From: an uncultured Bacilli bacterium
GTDB taxonomy: Bacteria > Bacillota_I > Bacilli_A > RF39 > UBA660
Direction of reading: 5' to 3'
Length of the DNA stretch: 64,000 bases
NCBI GenBank assembly: GCA_947629815.1
Contig: CANRFG010000003.1
Location: 7,148 to 71,147, forward strand
A program made the position numbers and the translations under genes. Positions 47,252 to 57,138 of this stretch are shown piece after piece (the first letter of the stretch is position 1; every line of letters begins with the position of its first letter). The notes below the pieces were generated by a model. That model did not search any database, was not told the origin of the DNA, and was given only the letters and a program-made list of their open reading frames with translations.

Positions 47252-47700
47252 TATTTGATACTAAACTTGGAAAATTTCTGGGTATTAAGTAAAACGACTT
47301 GTCAAAAAGTCGTTTTTGTGATATGATGAATATGTCAAGGGAACTTGAATAAAATAAAAAAGGAATACCTAATTTTGATGAGTTAGGTACTATCCAAATC
47401 TTAGATTAGTACCGACTTATATAGTTGGTACCATTTTTATTAGTATGATTAAAATCACAATAATAAGGAGTATTATGATAGTGCAAAGATATTTCTCTGA
47501 TTTTCTCATAACTTCACCTCCTTTCACTTTAAAAAGTAAAGGAGAATAGTACCTAAAATAATTAAGTATTCCTCTGACATTATATCAAACATTTGTTCTT
47601 GATACAAGAGATTTTATATTAAATCAGAATAATAAAAACAACTTGTCAAAAAGTCGTTTTTATTATTAATATGCCAAGTAAATTTGCATTAAATAAAAAT
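47252..47700 (+). other. conserved noncoding module (copy B) plus a third copy of its promoter/mini-ORF segment
   Basis: Promoter TTGTCA at 47299, 17-bp spacer, TATGAT at 47322. Mini-ORF atgtcaagggaacttgaataa. Long inverted repeat 47377-47406 against 47548-47572. The motif cacctcctttc (identical to the 16S 3' end). A third promoter/mini-ORF copy at 47640-47700. Confidence 0.5.
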
Positions 47701-47996
47701 GAATAGTTAATATTGAAGTGTTGAGTGTGCCATAAAATTGGTTAAAATAATTTATTTAGATGATTTTTTATTTAAAAACAAAAATAATAATATTAATAGA
47801 AAGATAAGAGTGGGTACAATTAAAAGATTAATATCTTTCTCATATGATAAACTTCGATATGTATGATGATAAGGTTTTAGATTATTATGAAATTGAAGAA
47901 TTATATTTAAACAAAGAAAAAGATGACTTTGGAATATAATTCTTTATTCAAAATATTAAAAAGTATGATATAATAATTAATAGAGGAGGCCTTATT

Positions 47997-48629
47997 ATGA
48001 TTATGAACGAAACATTAAAAGATTTGCAAACACCAGAAGGAAAAGCAAGATTGGAAAAATATGTTGAGGAATATATCGCTAAAATAAAAGTTAGAAATGA
48101 AAAAATTAAGAGTATGATGTCTAATGCTGAGTATCTTGAATGGCTTAATGAATTTACTAAAGATAAAGATAGATTTTCTGATGATGATTGGATATATTTT
48201 CAAAAAAAAATAAGTGATTCTGATAGAGAAAATGTTAAAAAATTATGCTTGTTTTATGAAGGAATTAAAGAATATGCCACAGAAAATTATATTTATCCTA
48301 CACCTTGTGATTTTGGAGAATATTATAAGATTAAATTAAATGATTTTGGCTTTAAGATTGGAGTTTTATTTAGACAGAAGACTGTATTCTTTTTTGATAA
48401 AACATTAATAGAAAATGAAAAAGAATTAATTGATTTTAAAGATGTTATGATTGGAAAAAAGCAAGATAATGTAGATAAAATTAATGCTACATTAAATTCT
48501 CTATCAAGTGAGGTTATGACAGCTTATGAAAGTGGAGTTCCAATTGAAGCAATAGTTGATACATTAAAAAATATAATTAAAGAAATATCTAAAAAAAAGG
48601 ATAAACCTAAAATATTAGTAATAAAATAA
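47997..48629 (+). CDS. hypothetical protein
   Basis: 210-aa ORF with GGAGG RBS. Confidence 0.4.
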   Translation: MIMNETLKDLQTPEGKARLEKYVEEYIAKIKVRNEKIKSMMSNAEYLEWLNEFTKDKDRFSDDDWIYFQKKISDSDRENVKKLCLFYEGIKEYATENYIYPTPCDFGEYYKIKLNDFGFKIGVLFRQKTVFFFDKTLIENEKELIDFKDVMIGKKQDNVDKINATLNSLSSEVMTAYESGVPIEAIVDTLKNIIKEISKKKDKPKILVIK

Positions 48630-48970
48630 ATAATTAATGCTTAATAAAGTATTTTGATAAATTAATAAATGCTTTATCAAAATAAGTATAAAATATTAGT
48701 GTTTATATATTTATATTAATCATTAAATTTAATATCCATAAATATATATGCTTTCTTATTGAGAGGTAGAAAAAGGAATAATATTCCTTTTTTAATATTA
48801 TTTAATCTAATAGTTAACTAAAAATACAATAAAAAGGATAGCAACTTTATATATAGACAATTAGTGAACATAGAATCAATTTTGTTGATTTAAAAAAAAT
48901 TGTATGCTAGAATAATATCAAAAATTAAATTAAAAAATTAATAATTATTATATGGTTAAGGGGGCTAACT

Positions 48971-51001
48971 ATGAATAATGATTTAAAGATAATAGAGAAA
49001 AAATATGGAGAAAAGATGAGCCATTTATGTAGAGAGTATTTTCCAATATTATTAGAACAAGAAGGTTTACTTTCTAGATTAATGGAGCAAAACTTTGAAC
49101 CAAATCATGAATTATATAATGATATTATTGAAAATAATCTTGAATTAACTTTTAAGAAATATATTTATAGTTTAGTAGATGTAGAAAAAATGATAGATTT
49201 AGAAATAGAAAAAACACCAGAAGAATTACTAAATGAAGCTGGATATATACTTTATGAATGTAAAAGTGAAAAAGATATACAAAAATTTAAAAAATATTAT
49301 GCTGAACGCGAAGAATTATGTACATTTAATGGAGGAAGACTTAATAGGTGTAGAGTATTCTTTGCAGTAAAAAAAGATGTTGATAATATTAAAAGAGAAA
49401 ATTTTGATAAACCACAAAGACAAGATTTGTATGGAACATCTGTAATAAGTATACAATTTACTAAAGATGGAACAAATACATTATCTATAAAAAATAGGTA
49501 TAACCATAAAGTAAATAATCCAGATGCAACATTTTCAAATAATTTGGACAATATAATATTAGGCTTGACAAAAAGTTTTGAAAAATTTTATGGAATAAAG
49601 CAAAAACATCAAAATTCTATGTTAGAAATACCAGGGTATGTGAGAGCGAATGATGGAAAATACTATAAATATAATTATGAGATTCATAATGTATATTATT
49701 GTACAGATAATGTTATAATTGATAATTTTAAAGTTAAAAGATTTCCTAAGGAACAATATATATTAATAGATTATTTTTTAGTTGATTTGAAAAGTAAAAA
49801 AGTATTTTTATATGACGAAGAAATAAAAGATTCATTTCCAAGTTCTTTTGGGAAAATAGATAAAATAGAAGTATTAAAAACAGCAAATGGTAGAAAAATA
49901 CTTATGACACAAACAAATTCAAAAGATAAAATAGAAATAGAGATAGACAAAGAAAATAAAATATTAAAATTATATAATGATAATTTAAAAGAAATAGGAG
50001 ATGCTTTTCTATATTGGAACGAAAGTCTAACAAGTTTTGAAGCGCCAAATTTAAAAAAAGTAGAATATAGTTTTCTATATAATAATGAAAGTCTAACAAG
50101 TCTCGTAATGCCAAATTTAAAAAAAGTAGGGGACTATTTTCTATGTAGGAACAAAAGTCTAGCAAGTTTCGAAGCACCAAATCTAATAATAGTAGGAAAT
50201 AGATTTCTATTTTTTAATAAAAGTCTAACAAGTCTCGTAATGTCGAATTTAAAAAAAGTAGGAGACGATTTTCTATTTAATAATAGAAGTTTAACAAGTT
50301 TCATAGCACCAAATTTAAAAGAAGTAGGGAATGATTTTCTATATGGTAATAAAATTCTAACAAGTTTCGAAGCACCAAATTTGGCAGTAGTGGGACATAA
50401 TTTTCAATATTATAACGAAAGTTTAATAAGTTTTGAAGCACCAAATTTAATAAAAGTAGGACATAATTTTCTATTTTATAACAATGGACTAACAAAATTC
50501 ATAGCACCCAATTTAAAAGAAGTAGGAGACAATTTTTTACTTTATAACTACTTTTTAACAAGTTTTATAGCGCCAAATTTAACAAAATTAGGATATAGTT
50601 TTCTATATAATAACAAAAGTCTAACAAGTTTCAAAGCACCAAATCTGACAATAGTAGGACATAGTTTTCTATTTTTTAACGAAAGTCTAACAAGTTTCGA
50701 AGCCCCAAATTTAACAAAAGTAGGAGACCATTTTCTATGTCATAACGAAAGCCTAACAAGTTTCATAGCCCCAAATTTAATAGAAACAGGAGATGATTTT
50801 CTATTTTATAACAAAAGCTTAACAAGGTTCGAAGCACCAAATTTAACAACAATAGGAGATAATTTTCTATATTATAACAAGAGTCTAAAAAGTTTAGAAA
50901 CGCCAAATTTAAAAGAAGTAGGAATAGATTTTTTATGTAGTAATGAAAACAACTTAAATGAAGCAGAAAATGGAAAAAGCAAAAAACTCATTAATAATTA
51001 A
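48971..51001 (+). CDS. BspA-like leucine-rich-repeat protein (about 20 x 22-aa repeats FLY.N.SLTSF.APNL..VG..) with an unknown roughly 330-aa N-terminal domain
   Basis: Repeats read in the translation. The DNA shows a diverged 66-bp periodicity. Confidence 0.6.
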   Translation: MNNDLKIIEKKYGEKMSHLCREYFPILLEQEGLLSRLMEQNFEPNHELYNDIIENNLELTFKKYIYSLVDVEKMIDLEIEKTPEELLNEAGYILYECKSEKDIQKFKKYYAEREELCTFNGGRLNRCRVFFAVKKDVDNIKRENFDKPQRQDLYGTSVISIQFTKDGTNTLSIKNRYNHKVNNPDATFSNNLDNIILGLTKSFEKFYGIKQKHQNSMLEIPGYVRANDGKYYKYNYEIHNVYYCTDNVIIDNFKVKRFPKEQYILIDYFLVDLKSKKVFLYDEEIKDSFPSSFGKIDKIEVLKTANGRKILMTQTNSKDKIEIEIDKENKILKLYNDNLKEIGDAFLYWNESLTSFEAPNLKKVEYSFLYNNESLTSLVMPNLKKVGDYFLCRNKSLASFEAPNLIIVGNRFLFFNKSLTSLVMSNLKKVGDDFLFNNRSLTSFIAPNLKEVGNDFLYGNKILTSFEAPNLAVVGHNFQYYNESLISFEAPNLIKVGHNFLFYNNGLTKFIAPNLKEVGDNFLLYNYFLTSFIAPNLTKLGYSFLYNNKSLTSFKAPNLTIVGHSFLFFNESLTSFEAPNLTKVGDHFLCHNESLTSFIAPNLIETGDDFLFYNKSLTRFEAPNLTTIGDNFLYYNKSLKSLETPNLKEVGIDFLCSNENNLNEAENGKSKKLINN

Positions 51002-51081
51002 TTTTATTAATGACTTTTTTATTACATAAAAATCTTGGATAATGTATAAACGAAATGTTATAATTAATATGGTGAAGTATT

Positions 51082-51957
51082 ATGATATTAATGGTAAGTG
51101 GAAGAACAGATGTAGTTGCATTTTACTCAGATTGGTTTATTAAAAGATATAATGAAGGATTTGTAGATGTAAGAAATCCATTTAATGAAAAAATAGTAAG
51201 TAGAATTTATTTTGAAGATGTAGATGCAATTCTATTTTGTACAAAAAATCCAATTCCAATTTTAAATAAATTAAAATATATAGATAAACCAATATTATTT
51301 CATGTTACTTTGACACCATATAAAAAAGATATAGAACCAAATATTCCACCAAAAGGAACAATAATACAAGCAATAAAAAAATTATCAAATATAATTGGAA
51401 TTGATAATTTATATGTAAGATATGACCCAATATTATTAAATGAAGAATATAATATAGAATATCATAAAAAAGCATTTGATAATATGTGTTCTTTATTAAA
51501 TGGATATGTTAAACACATAATAGTATCATTTATAGATGATTATAAAAATGTTAGAAAAAATATTAGTATATTAAAATTAAAACAATTTAGTGATGAAGAC
51601 TATAAACAAATAGGAACATCATTTAGTGAAAGTGCGAAAAAGTATGGGATGACTGTACAAACTTGCTTTGAGGAAAAAAACTTAGTTGAATATGGCTTTG
51701 TAAAAGGTGAATGTTTATCTCATTCTTTAGCGTTTAAATTAACAGGTAAAAGTTATAAAAATTGGAAAGCAAGAAAATGTAATTGCGTTGAAATGGTAGA
51801 TATAGGAGTTTATAATTCTTGTAAACATTTTTGTAAATACTGTTATGCAAATTACGACGAAAAAAAAGTTAGTTTTAATTATAAAGAACATGATTCTAAT
51901 TCAACATTTCTTGTCGGTAATTTAAAAGATGACGATATTATAAAACAGAGAAAATAA
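51082..51957 (+). CDS. DUF1848-family protein (Cys-rich C-terminus)
   Basis: N-terminal SGRTDVVAFYSDWFIKRYNEGFV, and C-terminal CNCVEMVDIGVYNSCKHFCKYCYAN, match my memory of DUF1848. Confidence 0.5.
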   Translation: MILMVSGRTDVVAFYSDWFIKRYNEGFVDVRNPFNEKIVSRIYFEDVDAILFCTKNPIPILNKLKYIDKPILFHVTLTPYKKDIEPNIPPKGTIIQAIKKLSNIIGIDNLYVRYDPILLNEEYNIEYHKKAFDNMCSLLNGYVKHIIVSFIDDYKNVRKNISILKLKQFSDEDYKQIGTSFSESAKKYGMTVQTCFEEKNLVEYGFVKGECLSHSLAFKLTGKSYKNWKARKCNCVEMVDIGVYNSCKHFCKYCYANYDEKKVSFNYKEHDSNSTFLVGNLKDDDIIKQRK

Positions 51958-52024
51958 AGAAAAATGCACATATAAAATATTGATTTGAATATTATTTAAT
52001 AGTATAATTTTAGTAGGTGGTTTT

Positions 52025-52444
52025 ATGACAATTTGTTGGTTAGTTATAATACTCATTCTAGTTTTAATAGAAGTATCAACTGTTAGTCTAACAACTATTT
52101 GGTATATTGCAAGTGGTATAGTATCGCTTATTGCATCTATATTTACAGATTCTATTATTATACAATTTTCTATATTTGTTTTACTAGGAACATTGCTATT
52201 AATTACTACAAGAAAAACACTTTTAAAATTATTTAAAATAAAAAATGAAGAAACAAACATTGAAAGAATATTAAATATGAATGGAGTGGTAACAGAAAAT
52301 ATAGAAAAAAATAAATATGGAGAAGTAAAAGTAGATGGAAAAAGATGGACTGCTTATTCAGATAGTAACTTAGAAGTTGGGACAATTGTAAAGATACTTA
52401 AAATTGATGGAGTAAAAATAAAAGTAGAGAAAGTAGAGGAATAG
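52025..52444 (+). CDS. NfeD-like membrane protein (OB-fold C-terminus)
   Basis: Two or three TM helices and a C-terminal beta domain. Located directly upstream of an SPFH gene. Confidence 0.65.
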   Translation: MTICWLVIILILVLIEVSTVSLTTIWYIASGIVSLIASIFTDSIIIQFSIFVLLGTLLLITTRKTLLKLFKIKNEETNIERILNMNGVVTENIEKNKYGEVKVDGKRWTAYSDSNLEVGTIVKILKIDGVKIKVEKVEE

Positions 52445-52445
52445 T

Positions 52446-53336
52446 ATGGAAATATTAATAGTTATTTTAGTTTTAGTAGTTGCTATAATTATACCTTGTA
52501 TAAAAATAGTACCACAAGCAACAAGTTATGTAATTGAAAGAATAGGCTCTTATCATGAAACATGGAAAAATGGATTACATTTTAAAATACCATTTATTGA
52601 TAGAGTAGCTAATAAAGTAAGTTTAAAGGAAATAGTAAAAGATTTCGCACCACAACCTGTTATAACAAAAGATAATGTAACAATGCAAATAGATACAGTT
52701 GTTTATTTTCAAATAACAGACCCTAAACTTTACACATATGGTGTTGAAAACCCAATAAGCGCAATTGAAAATTTAACTGCAACAACACTTCGTAATATAA
52801 TTGGTGAACTAGAATTAGACCAAACTTTAACATCAAGAGATATAATAAATTCAAAAATGCGTTCAATATTAGATGAAGCAACAGATCCATGGGGAATAAA
52901 AGTAAATAGAGTGGAAGTTAAAAACATAATTCCACCAAGAGATATACAAGAAGCAATGGAAAAACAAATGCGTGCAGAAAGAGAAAGAAGAGAAAAAATT
53001 CTTCAAGCAGAAGGAGAAAAGAAATCAAGTATATTAATAGCAGAAGGAGAAAAAGAAAGTGCTATTTTAAGAGCAGAAGCTAAAAAAGAAGCTCAAATAA
53101 AAATAGCAGAAGGTGAAGCTGAAGCACTTGTTAAAACAAAACAAGCTGAAGCAGAAGGAATAAAATTACTTAAAGAAGCTGGGGCAGATAAGGCAGTATT
53201 GACATTAAAAAGTTTTGAAGCATTAAGTAATGTAGCAAATGGTCAATCAACTAAAATCATTGTTCCATCAGATTTACAGAATTTAGCGACTATAGGTACA
53301 ACTATAAAAGAAATGATGAAGGAAGATAAAAAATGA
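52446..53336 (+). CDS. SPFH/band-7 (stomatin-like) protein
   Basis: N-terminal TM helix, SPFH core blocks (PQPVITKDNVTMQIDTVVYFQI), then an Ala/Glu-rich coiled-coil tail. Confidence 0.85.
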   Translation: MEILIVILVLVVAIIIPCIKIVPQATSYVIERIGSYHETWKNGLHFKIPFIDRVANKVSLKEIVKDFAPQPVITKDNVTMQIDTVVYFQITDPKLYTYGVENPISAIENLTATTLRNIIGELELDQTLTSRDIINSKMRSILDEATDPWGIKVNRVEVKNIIPPRDIQEAMEKQMRAERERREKILQAEGEKKSSILIAEGEKESAILRAEAKKEAQIKIAEGEAEALVKTKQAEAEGIKLLKEAGADKAVLTLKSFEALSNVANGQSTKIIVPSDLQNLATIGTTIKEMMKEDKK

Positions 53337-54160
53337 AAACTTTAGATTATATAAAAAATATAATCAAAGTTATGATTTGGCCAATTCTATTTGGGATTGG
53401 TCAATTTTTTGTAATTTTGATTTTTACATTCTCATTTAATAATAATATTTACAATAATTTAGTACAAAATAATAGTAACTTATCAACAGAAGAAATAAAC
53501 GAAATGTTTAATTTATATACAAGTAGTGATGAATATAGTACATCACTTACAAATTATATTAATGATAATACATTATGGATAGTACTTATAGTAGCTGTAA
53601 TTTTTATTCCTTTACTTATTTTTAAATATAAAAAACAAAAAAAATTAAATTTTAAAATAAATAAAAATATTATATTTGTAATATTAGTAGGATTTTCAAT
53701 ATCTATCTTACTTAATTTAATAATAATTAATATTAATAAGTTATTTAATATAAATAATAATTTACTTGATTATAAATATTTAATACAGACAATAATTGCT
53801 TCTTGTTTACTTGGACCAATTATAGAAGAATTATTATTTAGAGGTGTTATGTTCAATAAAATTAAAACTTTTAATAATTTGAATGTTTCTATTTTATTAA
53901 CAACATTTATATTTGCCTTTTTTCATGATTCTATAACACAAATGATATATGCGTTTATAATAGGTTATATTTGTATAAAATTATATGTAGAATATGATAC
54001 ATTATTAGTTCCTATTATATTTCATATATCGTGTAATTTAGTTGTTCCTTTATTAAATAATTATCTAGTAAATCTAAATTATATTTATACTATATTAATA
54101 ATAATTGCTAGTTTAATAATTTTTATAATTTTTTACAAAAAAATGTATAAAAAAAATTAA
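53333..54160 (+). CDS. CPBP-family intramembrane metalloprotease (CAAX protease-like)
   Basis: Motifs GPIIEELLFRG (EExxxR) and FAFFH. A terminator hairpin aaactccacataatgtggagttt lies at 54202-54228. Confidence 0.7.
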   Translation: MKTLDYIKNIIKVMIWPILFGIGQFFVILIFTFSFNNNIYNNLVQNNSNLSTEEINEMFNLYTSSDEYSTSLTNYINDNTLWIVLIVAVIFIPLLIFKYKKQKKLNFKINKNIIFVILVGFSISILLNLIIININKLFNINNNLLDYKYLIQTIIASCLLGPIIEELLFRGVMFNKIKTFNNLNVSILLTTFIFAFFHDSITQMIYAFIIGYICIKLYVEYDTLLVPIIFHISCNLVVPLLNNYLVNLNYIYTILIIIASLIIFIIFYKKMYKKN

Positions 54161-54320
54161 TTTGTAAAATATAATAATGTGAATATCAATTATTCACGCC
54201 ACAAACTCCACATAATGTGGAGTTTATTTGTATTTAAATTGATATTTTTATTAAAATTACTTAATTTATTGCAAAAAATATTGAAAAAATTAAAAATATA
54301 TGGTAAATTATAGTTGCAAT

Positions 54321-54427
54321 GCTGATTGCATGGAGAAGATTTATCGATGAACCAATAAGTCAATCATGTTTTGTACATTTGAGCGAATAGCATTGAGAAG
54401 CGTAAGCGATGAACATATAAGTCTATT
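54321..54427 (+). repeat. about 2.5 direct repeats of a roughly 45-nt unit at 62-nt spacing (putative ToxI-like antitoxin RNA)
   Basis: Units at 54321-54365 and 54383-54427 share the core gagaagNNNNNNcgatgaacNNataagtcNat. A further copy lies downstream at 54931-54975. A promoter-like TTGAAA...TAAATT lies upstream, around 54282. Confidence 0.55.
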
Positions 54428-54430
54428 TTG

Positions 54431-54465
54431 AAAAGGGAAGTATATCTTCCCTTTTCATGTATTTT
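54431..54465 (+). terminator. rho-independent terminator between the repeat array and the toxin gene
   Basis: Perfect hairpin aaaagggaag-tata-cttccctttt followed by a T-rich tract. GGAGG RBS and the ATG at 54477 come next. Confidence 0.7.
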
Positions 54466-54476
54466 GGAGGTATGTT

Positions 54477-54893
54477 ATGAGTAGTTCAAAAAGGCTTTAT
54501 ATAAGTTATGATGAAGGAAGTGTTTATCATATTAACTTTGGTAGAACATTTCACCCTGAATTAAATAATAAACATTTGGGAATATTATTTAATATTAAAT
54601 CAAGTCAAAATATGATATTTTGTTTGCCATTAACAAGCCCAAAAGAAAAGCATTTTAAAACTAAAGAGGGTTTTAATAGTAGAAATCATTTTGATTTAAA
54701 ATATCCACATTTATACTATATAAAAGAAACGGATTCAATAGTTTTGATGGAGCAGTTTAGAACAATTTCTAAAAGAAGAATTGAATCTCAGTATAAAGAT
54801 TCAATAAGTAATCAAAAGGTTGTAATATCAGAAATAGAAATGAAAAAACTAAAAGACGCGTTTAATAAATTTTATAAGACTATTATAAAATAG
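54477..54893 (+). CDS. ToxN/AbiQ-like type III toxin (endoribonuclease, Kid/MazF-like fold)
   Basis: The block LGILFNIKSSQNMIFCLPLTSPKEKH, with T53-S54-P55-K56, matches my recollection of the ToxN active-site block (..YLAPLTSPKKWH, T52/S53/K55). The later block SIVLMEQFRTISKRRI is MazF/Kid-like. Confidence 0.6.
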   Translation: MSSSKRLYISYDEGSVYHINFGRTFHPELNNKHLGILFNIKSSQNMIFCLPLTSPKEKHFKTKEGFNSRNHFDLKYPHLYYIKETDSIVLMEQFRTISKRRIESQYKDSISNQKVVISEIEMKKLKDAFNKFYKTIIK

Positions 54894-55125
54894 TAATAAA
54901 TATATAAAAAATGAATAAAATATAAATAAATGCGAATAGCGTAGAGAAGATTTATCGATGAACTTATAAGTCTATTCGTATACCATTATATATGGTATGA
55001 GCTAGTCATAAGACTAGCTTTTAAAGTATATATAATATGTTCTTAGAAATACTAAATAAAAAAATGTATTATTCTATTCTTTATTTTTGTAATCTAATAT
55101 GCTAAAATAATCATAGGGTGAGAAT

Positions 55126-56091
55126 ATGAATCTAGAAGACTTAGAAATAAAAAAAGAACTAAAAATAATATTTATGGGAACTCCAGATTTTGCAGTTCCA
55201 ATATTACAAGCATTAATAGATAACTACAAAGTGCGTGCTATTGTAACTCAACCAGATAGAGAAGTAGGAAGAAATGCAGAAGTACGATTTAGCCCAATAA
55301 AAAAAGTAGGAATGGATAATACTATATTAGTTTTACAACCTGAAAAAATAAAAGATGAAATAGAAACAATAAAAAATTTAGAACCTGATTTAATAATAAC
55401 TTGTGCTTATGGTCAGATATTACCACAAGAACTACTTGATATACCTAAAATAGCTTGTATAAATGTACATGCATCTCTTCTTCCAAAATTAAGAGGAGGC
55501 GCTCCAATACATAGAGCAATTATGAATGGATATAAAACAACAGGAATAACAATAATGTACATGAACTCTAAAATGGATGAAGGAGATATAATAAGTAGTG
55601 AAGAAATAGAAATAGAGTATGATGATACTGCTTCAACTTTACATGATAAATTAAGTAAATTAGGCGCAAAATTATTAATAGAAACATTACCTTCAGTAAT
55701 AAATGGAACAAATGATAGAATAAAACAAGATAGTACACTTGCTACATATGCATTTGTAATAAAAAGAGAAGACGAAAAAATAGATTTTAGTAAAACAAAA
55801 AGAGAAATATATAATAAAGTTAGAGGATTAAATTCTTGGCCAGGAGCATATGCAATGTGTGATTCAAAAATATTAAAAATATGGGAATGTTATGAAACAG
55901 ATAATTTTTTCCCCGAATTATTAGATGGACAAATTACAAAGGTATATGAAGATGGAATAGGTGTTAAGGTTAGTAATGGGGAAATAGTTTTAACTTTAGT
56001 TCAACCAGAAGGAAAAGGTAAAATGAAAGCTGTTGATTTTGCTAGAGGTTTAGCTAATAAAGGAAATGTTGAAGGGAAAATATTAAGTTAA
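55126..56091 (+). CDS. fmt: methionyl-tRNA formyltransferase
   Basis: N-terminus KIIFMGTPDFAVPIL, plus the blocks NVHASLLPKLRGGAPI and a C-terminal domain. Confidence 0.9.
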   Translation: MNLEDLEIKKELKIIFMGTPDFAVPILQALIDNYKVRAIVTQPDREVGRNAEVRFSPIKKVGMDNTILVLQPEKIKDEIETIKNLEPDLIITCAYGQILPQELLDIPKIACINVHASLLPKLRGGAPIHRAIMNGYKTTGITIMYMNSKMDEGDIISSEEIEIEYDDTASTLHDKLSKLGAKLLIETLPSVINGTNDRIKQDSTLATYAFVIKREDEKIDFSKTKREIYNKVRGLNSWPGAYAMCDSKILKIWECYETDNFFPELLDGQITKVYEDGIGVKVSNGEIVLTLVQPEGKGKMKAVDFARGLANKGNVEGKILS

Positions 56092-56096
56092 GATTT

Positions 56097-56816
56097 ATGA
56101 AGTTAATAGAAAAAATAAAAAGTAACAATGTAGTAAGTAAAATACTAGAAATATGGAAAAACAGAAGATATAGAGGACTTATAATATTAGGATTATGGTT
56201 TATATTTTTCTTCTTTGTTATAATGTTATTAAGAGTAAGCGCTAGAAATAATCAAAATATACCTCAACAAACAATAAAAACAGTTCCCAATATATTAGAA
56301 AGTATTAAAAACTATGAATTTCAATATGATATAACACAAGATGATATTACTTATAGTATAAATGGTTCATATATAGATAATGAAACATTATTTACTTATA
56401 ATGAAAACACATATTTTATTAAAGATAAAATATATATTGTAAATAATGAAGAATTACAAGAAGTAGAAAATCCAATAGAAATAGATATTTCAAAATTAAA
56501 TATAGAAAATATATATAATTTAATAAAAGATAAAGATAAATTATATGAAACAGAAGAAAGTGGAATAAAAACTACAGTTTATAAAATAAGTATAAACGAG
56601 TTTTCAAAATTATTTGGACTAGATATCGAAAGCGAAGATTTTATAGAAATAAATATTGAAACAAAAGACAATAGTTATGAATCAATATATATGGATTTAA
56701 CCCAATATATGAATTATTATGAATTAAAATATAGAAAATACAATATAAAATTAGAACTAAATTCTATAAATGATGTAGATAAAAGTTCATATAGTAGTTT
56801 AGTAGAAGGAGAGTAA
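56097..56816 (+). CDS. hypothetical membrane-anchored protein
   Basis: 239-aa ORF with one N-terminal TM helix. Confidence 0.4.
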   Translation: MKLIEKIKSNNVVSKILEIWKNRRYRGLIILGLWFIFFFFVIMLLRVSARNNQNIPQQTIKTVPNILESIKNYEFQYDITQDDITYSINGSYIDNETLFTYNENTYFIKDKIYIVNNEELQEVENPIEIDISKLNIENIYNLIKDKDKLYETEESGIKTTVYKISINEFSKLFGLDIESEDFIEINIETKDNSYESIYMDLTQYMNYYELKYRKYNIKLELNSINDVDKSSYSSLVEGE

Positions 56817-56820
56817 AAAA

Positions 56821-57138
56821 ATGGATGTAGTAGCAGTAATAGTTTTAGCGATAATAGTAATACTTGTTTTCTTTGTAAAAAGAACATTTAGTGGATTTGT
56901 ATATTCAGTTGCGATGATTGATATATTTTTAAGAATAGTTAATGCATTAAATTATAGAATATTTGGTGGTAAAGGAGATATAGGAAATTTTATAACAAAT
57001 TATCTCCCATCATCATTTGAAAGTATAATTGTAAAATATACTGATAGTATACTTCAAACTGTATTAGTATGGGGATATATAATAATAATGATAATATTTG
57101 AATTTTATGTTATTAGAACATTTTTTCATAAAAAATAG
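56821..57138 (+). CDS. small membrane protein, hypothetical
   Basis: 105 aa with two TM helices. Confidence 0.35.
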   Translation: MDVVAVIVLAIIVILVFFVKRTFSGFVYSVAMIDIFLRIVNALNYRIFGGKGDIGNFITNYLPSSFESIIVKYTDSILQTVLVWGYIIIMIIFEFYVIRTFFHKK

